DNA from: Verrucomicrobiota bacterium | GTDB lineage: Bacteria; Verrucomicrobiota; Verrucomicrobiia; Verrucomicrobiales; V1-33 | Direction: 5' to 3' | NCBI GenBank assembly: GCA_040386695.1 | Contig: JAZKFB010000038.1 | Coordinates: 23,157-87,156 of the forward strand | Length of the DNA: 64,000 nt | Part shown: piece after piece, positions 16,894-28,138 of the stretch | Layout of the letters: each line of letters starts with the position of its first letter | How positions within the stretch are numbered: the stretch's first letter is position 1 | Notes under the pieces: generated by a model | What the model was told of the DNA's origin: nothing | Databases searched by the model: none | The model's input: the letters and a program-made list of their open reading frames with translations, nothing else | Made by a program: the position numbers and the translations under genes

Positions 16894-19494
16894 ATGAAGT
16901 TTCTTTCCCCCCTGCTGCTCGCCGCGCTCACTGTCACTTCATCCGGTGCCGGCCATGCGGAGGAGGATTGCCTCGGCAACTGCGGCAAGGTTCACCTTCT
17001 GCCTCTCGGCGGCGAGATCAAACCGGGGCGCAAATATGCCCGCGACCGCCTCGCTGACATCGAGCATGTGGCTCTGGACGTCACTCCGGATTTCAAAAAC
17101 CGCACCGTCAGCGGCACGGTCGCCATTTCCTTCTCGCCCATCGGTCTGCCGCTTTCCACCCTGGCTCTGGATTCCGTGGACCTGAGCATCGACAAGGTCA
17201 GTGTCACCGGCGCGGTGCTCGCCGATCACCAGGTCACCGCTGAGCAGCTGCTTATTCAGTTCGCCAAGCCCATCGAGCCCGGCGCCAAAGCCGTGGCCAC
17301 CATCACCTGGCACGCCGAGCCGAAAAAGGGCCTGCACTTCCGCACGCCGGAACTGGGTTATCCCGCCGGCGACACCCAGGTCTGGACGCAGGGTGAAGCT
17401 GAAGAGCACCGTTTCTGGTTTCCCTGCTACGATTATCCCAACGAGCGCTTCACCAGTGAAATCACCTGCCACGTGCCCGCCGGCATGGAGGTCGTCTCCA
17501 ACGGCGTTCTGGCGGAGAAAATCCCGGGTGCCGCCGGTCTCACCGCCTGGCACTGGAGGCAGAATCAGCCGCACGTGAATTACCTCATGGCCCTCGCGGC
17601 GGGGAATTTCCACAAGCTGGAAAACACCGTCGGCAAACTCCCCATCGCCCTGCTGGTCCCGCCTTCCGAAAAGGACCAGGCCGCCGGCGCTTTCCGTGAC
17701 ACCAAAGCCATCATGGAATTCCTCCAGGAGGAGATCGGCGTGCCTTTTCCCTGGGACAAATATTACCAGGTTTACTGCCACGACTTCCTCGCGGGAGGCA
17801 TGGAGAACACCAGCTGCTCCTTCATGGCCGCCGGGCTGTTGTTCCCGAAGGAAACCGGCGAACTCGACACTCTCCACCGCCTCGACGCCCATGAGATGGC
17901 GCACCAGTGGTTCGGCGATCTCATGACCTGCCGCGACTGGTCGCATCTGTGGCTGAACGAGGGTTTCGCCAGCTACTACACCGTTCTTTACGAGGAGAGG
18001 AAAAACGGCCGCGACGGCATGTTCGTCAGTCTTTCCAGGGAGGCCGACCGCGTGATCAAATCCAAGGACCGCCGCCCCATCGTCTGGCGTGATTACGGCG
18101 ATCCCATGCAGCAGTTCGACAGCCGTGCTTATCCCAAAGGCGCCTGGGTCCTGCACATGCTCCGCAGCCAGCTCGGCAAGGCGCTCTATCAGAAAGCCAT
18201 CCGCGTTTACATCGAGCGCCACCGCAACGGCATCGTGACCACCGACGACCTCCAGGAGATTTTAGAGGAGGTCAGCGGCAAGTCCCTCGACCAGTTCTTC
18301 GACCAGTGGGTCCACCACGGCGGCGTGCCGGAACTGAAAGCTGATTACAGCTGGGACGCCGACCGCAAACAGGCCCGCGTGACCATCCGCCAGGCCCAGA
18401 AAGTGGACGCCGAAGTCCTCCTCTTCCGCCTGCCGCTGCCCGTCCGCTTCACCTTCCAGGAGGACGGGAAAACCGTCACCCGGGACGTCACGGTCACTGT
18501 CAGCAAAGCCGAGGAAACGTTCTATTTCCCGCTGCCCGCGCAGCCGGATCTCGTCCGTCTCGACCCTGACCTGACCATTCTCGCGGACTGGGAATTCACC
18601 CCGCCGCCGGACATGCTGAAGCGTCAGCTCGACGCCGATTTCGGCAGCCGTTATCTGGCCCTGGGCATTCTCGCGGAGCGCAAGGACGCCGCCACCGTCG
18701 CGCAGCTGACCACAGTCATCGCCGCTAAAGACCAGCACCACGCCCTCCGCACCGAGGCTGTGCGGGCCCTGGGCAAAATCGGAACCCCCGCCGCCCGGAC
18801 CGCGCTCATTCCCATTCTCGCCGAATCCGATGAACGCGTGCGCCAGGCCGCCGTGAGCGCCCTGGCCGCCATTTACCATCCGGAGCCGCACGAGGCTCTC
18901 GTGAAGCTCGCGGCCACCGAGAAAAATCCGGACATCCTCGCCAGCCTCGTGCGCAGCTTCGCCGCCTGGCCGGAGCAGGATCTTCTGAAGTGGCTCGATG
19001 TCCCGTCCTATCACCAGCAGGTCGCCGCCGCCGCGCTGGACGCTCTGGGCGATCAGAACAAAACCGCCGCCGCGCCCGTCATCCGCGACTGGCTGAAAGC
19101 CAAAGGCGGCACTCTCACCCAGCGGGACCTCGCCTCCGCCCTGGGGACTCTCGGAGCCCTCAGCCGGAACACCGCCGACCCCACCATCCAGCCCTTCCTC
19201 GCCACCTACCTGACGGATTACCGCGAAAGCGTCCGCACCGGTGCCGCCCGCGCCCTGGGCGAGCTGCGCGATGTCCGCTCCCTGCCCATGCTGGCCGGCT
19301 TGTCCCTGCGCAAAACCGACGCTGCCTCCAGCGCCGCGACCGCCGCCATCACGGCCATCAATGCCTCGCGCACCTCCACCGACCAGACGCAGGAGGCCTG
19401 GAAAAAGGTTGAGGATCTCGTTCGCAAAACGGAGGAAATGGAGAAGAAACTGGAGAAACTCGAAAATCGCGACAAAGCGAAGCCGACTCCATAA
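16894..19494 (+). CDS. pepN: M1-family aminopeptidase N with C-terminal HEAT-like repeats, secreted
   Basis: Start chosen at MKFLSPLLLAALTV (signal peptide). GGMEN exopeptidase motif and HEMAHQWFGD-x18-WLNEGFASY zinc site. C-terminal repeats of the type RTEAVRALGKIG and RVRQAAVSALA. Confidence 0.85.
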   Translation: MKFLSPLLLAALTVTSSGAGHAEEDCLGNCGKVHLLPLGGEIKPGRKYARDRLADIEHVALDVTPDFKNRTVSGTVAISFSPIGLPLSTLALDSVDLSIDKVSVTGAVLADHQVTAEQLLIQFAKPIEPGAKAVATITWHAEPKKGLHFRTPELGYPAGDTQVWTQGEAEEHRFWFPCYDYPNERFTSEITCHVPAGMEVVSNGVLAEKIPGAAGLTAWHWRQNQPHVNYLMALAAGNFHKLENTVGKLPIALLVPPSEKDQAAGAFRDTKAIMEFLQEEIGVPFPWDKYYQVYCHDFLAGGMENTSCSFMAAGLLFPKETGELDTLHRLDAHEMAHQWFGDLMTCRDWSHLWLNEGFASYYTVLYEERKNGRDGMFVSLSREADRVIKSKDRRPIVWRDYGDPMQQFDSRAYPKGAWVLHMLRSQLGKALYQKAIRVYIERHRNGIVTTDDLQEILEEVSGKSLDQFFDQWVHHGGVPELKADYSWDADRKQARVTIRQAQKVDAEVLLFRLPLPVRFTFQEDGKTVTRDVTVTVSKAEETFYFPLPAQPDLVRLDPDLTILADWEFTPPPDMLKRQLDADFGSRYLALGILAERKDAATVAQLTTVIAAKDQHHALRTEAVRALGKIGTPAARTALIPILAESDERVRQAAVSALAAIYHPEPHEALVKLAATEKNPDILASLVRSFAAWPEQDLLKWLDVPSYHQQVAAAALDALGDQNKTAAAPVIRDWLKAKGGTLTQRDLASALGTLGALSRNTADPTIQPFLATYLTDYRESVRTGAARALGELRDVRSLPMLAGLSLRKTDAASSAATAAITAINASRTSTDQTQEAWKKVEDLVRKTEEMEKKLEKLENRDKAKPTP

Positions 19495-19503
19495 TCCACC
19501 GAA

Positions 19504-20763
19504 ATGTCCCTCCGGGAAAAGATCCACGAACTGGGCCGCCAGGGCCTTGCCGCCAGCCGGGGCCTCGCGCTCCTTGATGCCGGCCACAAAAACCGCATCC
19601 TCCGCGCCATGGCGGACGAGCTGCTGGCGCGCGAACCGGAAATCCTCGCCGCCAACGCCCTCGACCTCGCCGCCGCCGAAGCCAAAGGCCTCAGCGCGGC
19701 CATGCTCGACCGCCTGAAGCTCGACCCCAAACGCCTCGCCGCCATGGCCGCGGGCGTCCGGGAAGTCGCCGATCTGCCGGATCCGGTCGGTGAGGAGCTG
19801 TCCGCCTGGGAGCGGCCCAACGGTTTGAAGATCCGCAAGGTCCGCGTGCCCATCGGCGTCATCGGCATCATTTACGAAAGCCGTCCCAACGTCACCAGCG
19901 ACGCCGCCGTGCTCTGTTTCAAAAGCGGCAACGCCACCATCCTGCGCGGCGGCAGCGAGGCGTTTCACAGCAACACCGCCATCGCCGCCGCCCTCCAGGC
20001 CGGAGGCGAACCCGCTGGCCTGCCGCCCCACAGCATCCAGCTCGTGCCCTTCACGGACCGCGAAAGCGTGCAGCACATGGCGGAGATGAACGAATATCTC
20101 GACCTTATTATTCCGCGGGGCGGCAAGGGTCTCATCGAAACCGTGGTCAAACTGGCCCGGATGCCGGTGATCAAGCACTACGACGGCATCTGCCACGTTT
20201 ACGTCGATGCCGAAGCCGATTTCAGCATGGCCGAAGCCATCCTGCTCAACGCCAAAATCACCAAGCCCAGCGCCTGCAACGCCGCCGAGACTCTCCTCGT
20301 CCACGAAGCGGTGGCCGCTGATTTTTACGCCCGCATCATTCCCGTGCTGGCCGCCGCCGGCGTCAAACTTCACGGCGATCCCGGCCTTGTGGAAAAATAT
20401 CCGGACGCCGTTTCCCCGGCCACGGAGGAGAACTACCGCACCGAATACCTCGACCTCGCGCTTTCCATCAAAACCGTCAGCGGCAGCGCCGAGGCCATCG
20501 GCCACATTCAGAATTACGGCTCCCGGCACAGCGAGGTCATCGTCACCGAAAATCCGGAAACCGCCGCCGCCTTCCTCAACGCCGTGGACAGCGCCGTGGT
20601 CCTCTGGAACGCCAGCACCCGCTTCAACGACGGCGGGGAATTCGGCTTCGGCTGCGAGATCGGCATCAGCACCGACAAACTCCACGCCCGCGGCCCCATG
20701 GGCCTCCCCGAACTCACCAGCTACAAATACCAGGTCACCGGCACCGGCCAGATCCGCGCCTGA
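19504..20763 (+). CDS. proA: Glutamate-5-semialdehyde dehydrogenase (gamma-glutamyl phosphate reductase)
   Basis: 419-aa ORF with typical ProA blocks: ILAANALDL, VRVPIGVIGIIYESRPNVT, ILRGGSEA, CNAAETLLVH, SRHSE, NASTRFNDGGEFG. Confidence 0.9.
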   Translation: MSLREKIHELGRQGLAASRGLALLDAGHKNRILRAMADELLAREPEILAANALDLAAAEAKGLSAAMLDRLKLDPKRLAAMAAGVREVADLPDPVGEELSAWERPNGLKIRKVRVPIGVIGIIYESRPNVTSDAAVLCFKSGNATILRGGSEAFHSNTAIAAALQAGGEPAGLPPHSIQLVPFTDRESVQHMAEMNEYLDLIIPRGGKGLIETVVKLARMPVIKHYDGICHVYVDAEADFSMAEAILLNAKITKPSACNAAETLLVHEAVAADFYARIIPVLAAAGVKLHGDPGLVEKYPDAVSPATEENYRTEYLDLALSIKTVSGSAEAIGHIQNYGSRHSEVIVTENPETAAAFLNAVDSAVVLWNASTRFNDGGEFGFGCEIGISTDKLHARGPMGLPELTSYKYQVTGTGQIRA

Positions 20764-20807
20764 TCCCGGCGTGCCCGGGAATTACGGCTGAAGCTGAATT
20801 CGGCTCT

Positions 20808-20954
20808 GACGGGCCACGGATGGCACGGATATAACGGATGAGCACGGATTTTTCAGAAGCTGCCGGGTTTCCTCCCGTGTCGTGTCGTGTGTGAGCCTTC
20901 TCTCTTTCATTCATCCGTGAATATCTGTCTCATCCGTGCCATCCGTGGCCGGTC
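20808..20954. repeat. Palindromic ACGGAT-rich intergenic element, copy 1
   Basis: Terminal inverted repeat GACGGGCCACGGATGGCACGGAT / ATCCGTGCCATCCGTGGCCGGTC (22 of 23 matches). Internal reiterated ACGGAT/ATCCGT motifs. Confidence 0.7.
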
Positions 20955-20969
20955 TCTCCGGATTCCAGG

Positions 20970-22052
20970 CTAAATCTCATCCGGAAACTCCTCCGGACCG
21001 TCATCCTCCCGCGCCTCCACAAAGGCGGGCAGCGGGCGCACGGCGTTGCCGGGCAGCGGGCGGCGACGCTCGAAGATGTTGGGGGCCAGGAGGGCGGAGG
21101 TGGCGTAGGAATCCGCGAGCATCTCCAGCTTGGCGTCGATGTTGTCCACGTGGTGCAGGAGGATGGCCTCCGGGGTGCGCGGCAGGACGGGCGAGCCGAA
21201 TTGAAACTCCCCGTGATGCGCGCCCACAAGGTGCAGCAGGTGCAGGCGCACGGTCTCATTGGCGGGGTGCGGGGAGTGGGTTTTCCAGTCGTCCGCCGCC
21301 GGGGATTCCATGAGCTGGCGCCAGAGTCTGTTCACCAGCTCGATGCCCAGGGGAATATGCCCCAGCAGCTCCGCCGGTTCGCTGTGGGGCATGGCGAAGC
21401 CCTCCTTTTCATAACAATTTTCCCACAGCTTCCCGCAGTCGTGAAACAGCACTCCGGCCAGCAGGAGGTCGCGGTTGGTGCCGGGATAAACCTCCGCCAG
21501 GACCGAGGCCGAGCGCATCATCTGCGCCACATGCTCCACCAGCCCGCCGCGCCGGGCGTGGTGATAGTCACGGGCGCCGGCCGTCCGGCGGAACCGCTCA
21601 CCGTATTCATCCAGAAAAAGCCGGCACAGCGCCCGCAGCCGGGGGTCCGTCAGGCCATCCGCCATCACGCCGATGGCGGCGTAATCGGTCTCCTGTTTCT
21701 CCCGGAGATCCGGCGGCCCGCCGAGCAGTTGCGCCCGCTCCTCCGCATCCAGCGGGCGCAGGGTCCACTGTTTGGGTTCAAGGCCGTACTGACCGCTGGC
21801 CCATTCGCCCTCCACGGCCAGAAAACTGCCCGGCGGCAACGGGCGGGCGAGGGCGAAGGCGGGGGAGTCGCCCCAGATTCTCAGGACAAAATGATCGCCG
21901 GCATCCGACAGCTTCATCTCCAGGTATTCGGAGCCGCTGCGGGTCGGTTTGACCTGCGCGCGGTCCATCTGGGCGTGGATGGCCGCTGTCACCGGCGCTG
22001 CGGCCGCCGCCTGTTTCACTTCCCGGATGCTCATGTTCTGCATGGGCGGCAT
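20970..22052 (-). CDS. OB-fold plus HD-domain nuclease, YhaM-like 3'-5' exoribonuclease family
   Basis: 360-aa ORF. N-terminal OB-like segment (VKPTRSGSEYLEMKLSDAGDHFVLRIW). HD domain LVEHVAQMM ... LLAGVLFHDCGKLWE ... HLVGAHHG. Confidence 0.65.
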   Translation of the reverse strand: MPPMQNMSIREVKQAAAAAPVTAAIHAQMDRAQVKPTRSGSEYLEMKLSDAGDHFVLRIWGDSPAFALARPLPPGSFLAVEGEWASGQYGLEPKQWTLRPLDAEERAQLLGGPPDLREKQETDYAAIGVMADGLTDPRLRALCRLFLDEYGERFRRTAGARDYHHARRGGLVEHVAQMMRSASVLAEVYPGTNRDLLLAGVLFHDCGKLWENCYEKEGFAMPHSEPAELLGHIPLGIELVNRLWRQLMESPAADDWKTHSPHPANETVRLHLLHLVGAHHGEFQFGSPVLPRTPEAILLHHVDNIDAKLEMLADSYATSALLAPNIFERRRPLPGNAVRPLPAFVEAREDDGPEEFPDEI

Positions 22053-22156
22053 TCACGCGGGGCGGGGGCGGGTTCAAGGAGTTCCTGGAGAAATGGCGGG
22101 CTTCAGCGGTAGGATGGAGGAGGGAATGGACGACAGGGACCGGAATGGACGGCTGT

Positions 22157-22441
22157 TTATTCGCGGAGGATGCTGAAGCCGCGGATGTCCAACGGCGCGG
22201 GAGTCACGGGGTGGGCGTGGACCTCTTTGATATGGTGGGCCACGGCGGAGGTTTCCTGAAGATCGGTCAGAAAAGCGTCCAGCTCGGATTTGTCGCGGGC
22301 CACGGCCAGCAGTTCCACGCGGCCATCAGGCAGATTTTTCACCCAGCCGGAAACCTCATAACCGGACGCCACCTGCTTGGCGGTGTAGCGGAAACCCACG
22401 CCCTGCACCCGTCCTGTGTAAAAAACCTGTCTCGCTGTCAT
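22157..22441 (-). CDS. acyP: Acylphosphatase
   Basis: 94-aa ORF with [13 protein letters not shown] and [13 protein letters not shown] signatures. Confidence 0.85.
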   Translation of the reverse strand: MTARQVFYTGRVQGVGFRYTAKQVASGYEVSGWVKNLPDGRVELLAVARDKSELDAFLTDLQETSAVAHHIKEVHAHPVTPAPLDIRGFSILRE

Positions 22442-22636
22442 GGGCGCATCCTGGCACAGCCCGTCCGCCCGGCAACCTGTGCCTGCGGCCCGCGCCGCGC
22501 CCCGTGCGGGAGCGGATGCGGGCGGGATTCCAGGGCCGGCGGGCAGCGGCCGGGATAAAATATTCCAAAGTTGCGGGAAGACCGGGACATCAGCGGCTGT
22601 AATTCCAGCGGCCCTGTCCCCAGGCCCATTCCGTGT

Positions 22637-25600
22637 ATGCCCCTGCTCCGTTTATCCGCTCTTCCGTCCGGAGTCCGTGCTCTCCGGCTGTTGCTGTGCG
22701 CGCTGGCCATGACCGCTCCGGCGGGCGCGGAGGAAATCACGGACGACGGGCGGGTGGTGATTTCGACGGCGCTTTCCCCGCAGGTGGCCTGGCGTGTGGC
22801 GCGGGTGGGTCAGGCGCTGCATATTGATGTGTCGGCGGCGGCGTTTTCCCCGTCGCCGGATTCCGGAAAAAAGGCGGTTCCGGGAATCCGTGTGGACCTG
22901 GGGCTGGCGTCGGGAGCGCGGGAAATCCGGCTGTCCCCGGACGACGCCCGTCTGACTTCCCTGCCGGGCGGCGTGGTCCTGTTCTCGTTTGTGGTGCCGG
23001 CGGAGAAGCTCATGCCGGAAACCGGGAAGCCGGACGATCTCCGCATGGGACTGGCGGTGGAGTGGGGCAGCGGGGTTTCGGGTCCGGTCAGGCAGCGGGA
23101 AACGTTTCTCATCGGCGGCGGACAGGCACCGCACGCGGGTCTTGGCCCGGCCGAACACTGGCAGCGGGTGTCGATTGATGAATTCGCGGCCCGTCTGGCC
23201 GATCACCGGAGCGAGGCGGCGTTCACTTTCACGCAGCCGATGGACGGCAAGGCCACGGTGGTCATCGACGACGCCCGGGGCCGGCGGGTGCGCAATCTCC
23301 TTGCCGCCCGGACCTTCACCGCCGGCAGTCACCGGCTGGTCTGGGATGTGTGCGATGACGGAGGAAATCTCCTGCCGCCCGGGGACTATCACTGGCGCTC
23401 CATTTCCCATGAGCCCGTGAAGCCGGTTTACGAATTCTCCTTCTGCAACGGCCCGGGCTCGAATCACGGCACCTTCCACGCGGCGGCCACCAACGGGCGC
23501 GATCTGTTTTTCGGCACTCCGGTTTCGGAAGGCGGTTATCAGCTGGTGCATCTCGATCCCCAGGGAAACCAGCTCCATGGATTCAACGCCCCCAACGGCA
23601 TCGGCCTGGGCCGCGTGGCCATCGCGGCCGACGAGCGTTATCTCTACGCGGCCTACGACGGCAGCGGCTGGGGCGAGCACGTGAACCGCAGCCGGCCGGA
23701 CTGGAGGGCGGATTACAAAATCAGCCTGCTGCGGTTCGATCTCAAATCCGGAGGGCTGGCGGATTTCGGCGGCTCCAAATTTGTGGAGATCCACCGTTAC
23801 ACCGTCGGCCCCGGCTCGCCGGAAAAGCGGCCGGACGAATTCGCCCTGAGCGGACTGGCGCTGGTGGACGGCGGGCTTTACCTGGCGGATGCGGCTCTGA
23901 ACCGTGTCAGCCGGATCAACCCGGCGACGGGAGCCGTGACCCGCACGTTTTCCCTGGACCGCCCGGCCGCCCTTGCCGCCGGTCCCATTTCCGGTTCCGG
24001 CGCGCTGTTCGCTCTGGCTTCCGGCAAACTGGTGGAGGTGGACACGGTGAACGGCGGGGTGAAACGGGTGATCGCCGCGCTGGAGGGACAGCGGCCGTCC
24101 GGCCTGGCCACCGGGCCTGACGGATCTTTTTTTGTCAGCGATGAAAGCTCCCGGACCGTGCGGGTGCTGACGGCGGATGGAAAACCGCAGGGCGGGATAG
24201 GAACTCCCGGCGGGGTGAAGCCCGGTGCTTATGATCCGCAGTGCCTGACCCATCCCGCCGGCCTCGTGGTGTCGCCGGCCGGGCAGGTCTGGATCACGGA
24301 ATCCGAGCGCTGGAAGCCCAAACGTCTGGCCGCCTTCACGTGGCCTGGCGGGCAGGTGTGGAAAGAGTTTTTCGGCCCCACGGCTTATGGCGCATCGGGT
24401 TCGGGATTCGACCCGCTGGACATCACGAAATGGGTCGGCCAGGGGACGATGTTCCAGCTGGATTTCGCCGCCGGAACCGCCCTCCCGGTGAGCACCCTGG
24501 GCGGCATGGAGGGCCGGTCGTCCCGTTACTGGCGGCAGGATGGCCGAACGTTTCTCATCACCACGGACAAGGCCACGGGCATTCAGGAACTGCTTCCTGA
24601 CAATACTCTGAAGCTGCTGGCCATCCAGTCCACGGCCCACACTTTCTCATTTCACCACGGGTGGCGGCCGCCGGCGGCTTTCGCGGAAGCCTTCAACCGG
24701 ACCTTCCCCGGCAGCAACTATCGGATCGGGACCGAAGGCCGGCCGGGCAAGGGGCACGGCATGCTGTGGGTGGACCGGAATGGAAACGGGGTCATGGACG
24801 CGGAGGAGATAGAGTTCGCCACCGCCGCCGAAAATCTGGGCGGAGCGTATTGGGGAAATGATTTCGCGGATCTCACCCTGCGGATTCCTGGAATACGTCA
24901 GGGAAAACCGGTGCTGGTCAGTCTGAAACCCGATGGCTGGTGGCCGGGCGGCGCTCCGAAATATCCCGCGCTGAATGACGCGGTGCGGTCCGCCGTGCCG
25001 GCCGGTGCCGACGGAACGGACCGGGAGACCACCGTGGACCGTTTTGGAAACATGATCATCAACGGCGATCCCGTGATGAGTTCCCTCGCGCCCGATGGCC
25101 GGGTGCTCTGGACTTATCCCAACCGGTGGAGCGGGGTCCACGGCTCCCACGATGCCCCGCTGCCCACGGCGGGCGAGCTGCAGGGCACGCTCTTTTTCAC
25201 GGGCGTGGCCCCGTTGGATGAGCAATCGGATGTGATCGCCATGAACGGCAATCACGGCCGGCTTTTCCTCATGACCAGCGACGGTCTGTTCCTTGATGAA
25301 ATGTTCACCGACTGCCGCCTGATGACCAATCCCCAGGCCAACGGCGTGGGCATTCTGGGCGGCGAGTGCTTTGGCGGAACTTTTGGAAAAGACCTGAAGT
25401 CCGGCAACTTTTACTTCCAGGGCGGCGGCATCGAATACCGCATTTACCGCGTCGAGGGCCTGAAATCCATGGTCCGCGCCGGGGGCGGACTGACCGTGAG
25501 CGCCGATCAGGTGATGGCGGCGGAAAGGCGCCAGGCCCGGCGCACGGCGGAGGTCCAGCCGGAGCGGCGGGCGGTCATCGCCTGGAGCCCGCCGGCCTCC

Positions 25601-26275
25601 TCTCTGCCGCTGGAGAACCGCGAACCGATGGCTCAATGGAGCCGGGGCCGGGATTTCCCGGTGGCCGTGAGGGCCGTCCATGACGGCAGTGAGCTGCACA
25701 TCTCCTGGACCGTGAAGGACGGTTCGCCCTGGGTGAACGGCGGCAGGGACTGGCAGATGCTTTTCAAAACCGGCGACAGCGTCGATCTTCAGCTGGGCAC
25801 GGACCCCGCCGCTCCCCCTGGCCGCGGCGGTCCTGTCCCGGGCGATGCGCGGCTGCTGATCGCGCCTTTCGGGAACGAAAACATCGCCGTGCTTTACCGG
25901 CATCGGATGCGCTCCGCGAAAACACCGGAGCCGGAGAGGGGGGATGACAGCGTGGTTTTCCAGAGCCCGTGGCGGAACGAGAGGGTGGATTCCCTGAAAC
26001 GCCTGACCGCCGCCCGCATCACCGTCAAACGCCAGGGAGATTCCTATCAGGTCGAGGCGGCGGTGCCGCTGGCCGATCTCGGTCTGAGCGGAGAGGCGCC
26101 GGGCCGGCCGCTGCGCGGGGACTTCGGCGTGATCTATGGCGACGCCTCGGGAACCACCAACATTTTCCGCAACTACTGGTCGAACCAGGCCACCGGCCTC
26201 GTGAATGACGTGCCGGGCGAGATCATGCTGACGCCGCGGCTGTGGGGTGAAATCAACTTTGAGAAACGTCCATGA
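22637..26275 (+). CDS. Very large secreted protein with NHL/beta-propeller-like repeats
   Basis: Start chosen at [31 protein letters not shown] (signal peptide) inside ORF 22571-26275. Contains the FlgD-Ig-like motif [24 protein letters not shown] and NHL-like stretches ([40 protein letters not shown]). The fold of the C-terminal module was not identified. Confidence 0.55.
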   Translation: MPLLRLSALPSGVRALRLLLCALAMTAPAGAEEITDDGRVVISTALSPQVAWRVARVGQALHIDVSAAAFSPSPDSGKKAVPGIRVDLGLASGAREIRLSPDDARLTSLPGGVVLFSFVVPAEKLMPETGKPDDLRMGLAVEWGSGVSGPVRQRETFLIGGGQAPHAGLGPAEHWQRVSIDEFAARLADHRSEAAFTFTQPMDGKATVVIDDARGRRVRNLLAARTFTAGSHRLVWDVCDDGGNLLPPGDYHWRSISHEPVKPVYEFSFCNGPGSNHGTFHAAATNGRDLFFGTPVSEGGYQLVHLDPQGNQLHGFNAPNGIGLGRVAIAADERYLYAAYDGSGWGEHVNRSRPDWRADYKISLLRFDLKSGGLADFGGSKFVEIHRYTVGPGSPEKRPDEFALSGLALVDGGLYLADAALNRVSRINPATGAVTRTFSLDRPAALAAGPISGSGALFALASGKLVEVDTVNGGVKRVIAALEGQRPSGLATGPDGSFFVSDESSRTVRVLTADGKPQGGIGTPGGVKPGAYDPQCLTHPAGLVVSPAGQVWITESERWKPKRLAAFTWPGGQVWKEFFGPTAYGASGSGFDPLDITKWVGQGTMFQLDFAAGTALPVSTLGGMEGRSSRYWRQDGRTFLITTDKATGIQELLPDNTLKLLAIQSTAHTFSFHHGWRPPAAFAEAFNRTFPGSNYRIGTEGRPGKGHGMLWVDRNGNGVMDAEEIEFATAAENLGGAYWGNDFADLTLRIPGIRQGKPVLVSLKPDGWWPGGAPKYPALNDAVRSAVPAGADGTDRETTVDRFGNMIINGDPVMSSLAPDGRVLWTYPNRWSGVHGSHDAPLPTAGELQGTLFFTGVAPLDEQSDVIAMNGNHGRLFLMTSDGLFLDEMFTDCRLMTNPQANGVGILGGECFGGTFGKDLKSGNFYFQGGGIEYRIYRVEGLKSMVRAGGGLTVSADQVMAAERRQARRTAEVQPERRAVIAWSPPASSLPLENREPMAQWSRGRDFPVAVRAVHDGSELHISWTVKDGSPWVNGGRDWQMLFKTGDSVDLQLGTDPAAPPGRGGPVPGDARLLIAPFGNENIAVLYRHRMRSAKTPEPERGDDSVVFQSPWRNERVDSLKRLTAARITVKRQGDSYQVEAAVPLADLGLSGEAPGRPLRGDFGVIYGDASGTTNIFRNYWSNQATGLVNDVPGEIMLTPRLWGEINFEKRP

Positions 26276-28065
26276 AATCCACTCTCCGGCTGGCCCTGAC
26301 ATTCCTCCTTCCCGCGCTTTCCCCCGTCCCGCCGCTGGGTGCCGCCGAACTGCGCTGCACGGGCATTCTTGGGAATTCCGGTGAGCAGGGCCCCACCCTC
26401 GTGCGCTTCGGCGGAAACAGCGGCGAGGGCAGCATGGTGGCCCGCGGCGTGCGCGGACTGGGCGTGGCGGTGGACCGTCACGGATCGCTCTGGGACCGGG
26501 GCGGGGAAGGGGTGCTGAACCGTTACAGCGTGGACGGACGGCTGCTGGCGTCCTATCCGATTCCCGCCGGGGGCCGCGACGGGGATGCCGCCGTCATGGC
26601 CGGGGATTCGCTGCTTCTGCTGATCGACCACCGGCTGCACGCATTATCCATTGAGGCTCCCTCGGGCACGCCGGCCGCGGATTTGAAAATCCAGGCGGAA
26701 TTTCTGTCTCTGGAAACCTTTGAGGGCCGGGCCGCCGCCGCCACGAAGGACGGGGAGATTTTTCTGGTGAATGCGGCGGGAGAGAAAAAGCCGCTGGTCA
26801 CTTTGCCGAAGCCGCGCCTCAGCGGACTGGCCCTCGCCCCTGATGGAGCGGTCTGGCTGCGGCAGGGGGACAAAACCCTGCGCCTTCCGCCCGGGGCTCC
26901 GGACCGGCCGGAGGAGCCCGGAGGTTCGCCTGGCGAGCGCTTTCAGTTTCTGGATGAATTTTGTTATGGACACTCGCACCACAGCACCGTGCGGCGGTTT
27001 TCAGCGGAGCTGCGGCCCGCGCCGGGGGTGGTGATGGGGGGGAATTCCGGCTCCTTCATCGGGCACGTGGACGAGCAGGCGGAGGTGGGTCTGGGGCGGG
27101 GGTTGGCCAGAGCCGGTCCCGGACTGTTCGCCATCTCCGGCCAGGGCTGCATCCTGCATCTGCTGGCCTGGCGGGAGGAGGAGGCGCGCTTCCAGCCTCT
27201 GCGCCGGATCGGGGCCGTGGCCCGGTGCTCCGCCCTGGCGCTGGACCGCGCGGGACGCGTCTGGTTCCGCTCGGGCTCATGGAACTGGGACGACGGCCCG
27301 GCCACGCCGATGCGTTCCGGAGTGCCGGAACCGGAGGCGGTTTTCGGCCTGACCATGCTGGAATCGGACACCGTTCTCGGCTATGGCCGGCTCTGGAACA
27401 AACCGGCGGTCATCAGCGGCGGACTGGAGAAAGAGGTGAAGCTGCACCGCTTCGAGGAGCCGAGCCAACTGCCCGCCGACGCCGTGGCCGGCACGGTGCT
27501 GAAGCTGAAAAACCAGCCCGCGCTGGTGGTTCTGGGCAGCGACGGCACGCTGAGCAGCGCTTTGATCAAAGGGGAGGGAGGATTCGCGGGCGACGGTCCG
27601 GCCATGACCCTGAAACCCGCCAAACCGGTGACCGCGTGGACTTCCCTCGTCAGTCCGGACGGTGAAACCCTGCTGGCGGCGGGTGACGGATTTGTGATCG
27701 AATTCCGCGCGGACAATCCCGGTGCCGCCATCGCAACGGCCGCCCCCGACGCGGCCACCGCCGGCGGCTGGCGGGAAACCGCCCGGTGGAATATGACGGG
27801 CGCGGGGAATGCGGACAGGTTCGGCTCCGGTATCCGCCTGGCCGCCGATGCCGGGCGGCTGTGGATTTCGGACACGGCCCGCCAGCGTGTGCTTTGTCTG
27901 GACGCGGCGACACACGCGGTCATCGCCAGCTTCGGCACGGAGGATCAGGCCGGGGATGATCTTCATCATCTGAACGCGCCCACCACTCTGGCCTGCCGGG
28001 GAAACCGCGCGGTGGTTTTTGATTCCGGCAATCAGCGCCTGGTCAAACTGGAGCTGCTGCCATAA
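26272..28065 (+). CDS. Secreted NHL/beta-propeller-like repeat protein
   Basis: 597-aa ORF overlapping the upstream gene by 4 nt. Signal peptide [26 protein letters not shown]. The C-terminal LNAPTTLACRGNRAVVFDSGNQRLVKL is NHL-like. Confidence 0.55.
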   Translation: MKSTLRLALTFLLPALSPVPPLGAAELRCTGILGNSGEQGPTLVRFGGNSGEGSMVARGVRGLGVAVDRHGSLWDRGGEGVLNRYSVDGRLLASYPIPAGGRDGDAAVMAGDSLLLLIDHRLHALSIEAPSGTPAADLKIQAEFLSLETFEGRAAAATKDGEIFLVNAAGEKKPLVTLPKPRLSGLALAPDGAVWLRQGDKTLRLPPGAPDRPEEPGGSPGERFQFLDEFCYGHSHHSTVRRFSAELRPAPGVVMGGNSGSFIGHVDEQAEVGLGRGLARAGPGLFAISGQGCILHLLAWREEEARFQPLRRIGAVARCSALALDRAGRVWFRSGSWNWDDGPATPMRSGVPEPEAVFGLTMLESDTVLGYGRLWNKPAVISGGLEKEVKLHRFEEPSQLPADAVAGTVLKLKNQPALVVLGSDGTLSSALIKGEGGFAGDGPAMTLKPAKPVTAWTSLVSPDGETLLAAGDGFVIEFRADNPGAAIATAAPDAATAGGWRETARWNMTGAGNADRFGSGIRLAADAGRLWISDTARQRVLCLDAATHAVIASFGTEDQAGDDLHHLNAPTTLACRGNRAVVFDSGNQRLVKLELLP

Positions 28066-28138
28066 GCTGTTTTCTCTTCCGTTTTTCATCTCCTGCGGCC
28101 GCCGGCCGCGGTTTTACTCCGCCCTGCTCTGTTCCGTT

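Noticed and set aside
14310-16988. 892-codon minus-strand ORF opposite the LamG/TSP3 gene.
   Set aside because: Shadow ORF typical of GC-rich DNA. Its translation is Gly/Arg/Ala-rich with no motifs, while the plus-strand partner has a signal peptide and clear LamG and TSP3 signatures.
18262-20685. 807-codon minus-strand ORF spanning the end of pepN and most of proA.
   Set aside because: Antisense shadow ORF. It crosses an intergenic gap between two well-supported plus-strand genes and has low-complexity G/A/V/E composition.
22652-26302. Long minus-strand ORFs (662 and 551 codons) opposite the 1212-codon secreted protein gene.
   Set aside because: Arg/Gly/Pro-rich antisense translations. The plus strand has a signal peptide, repeat structure and operon coupling.
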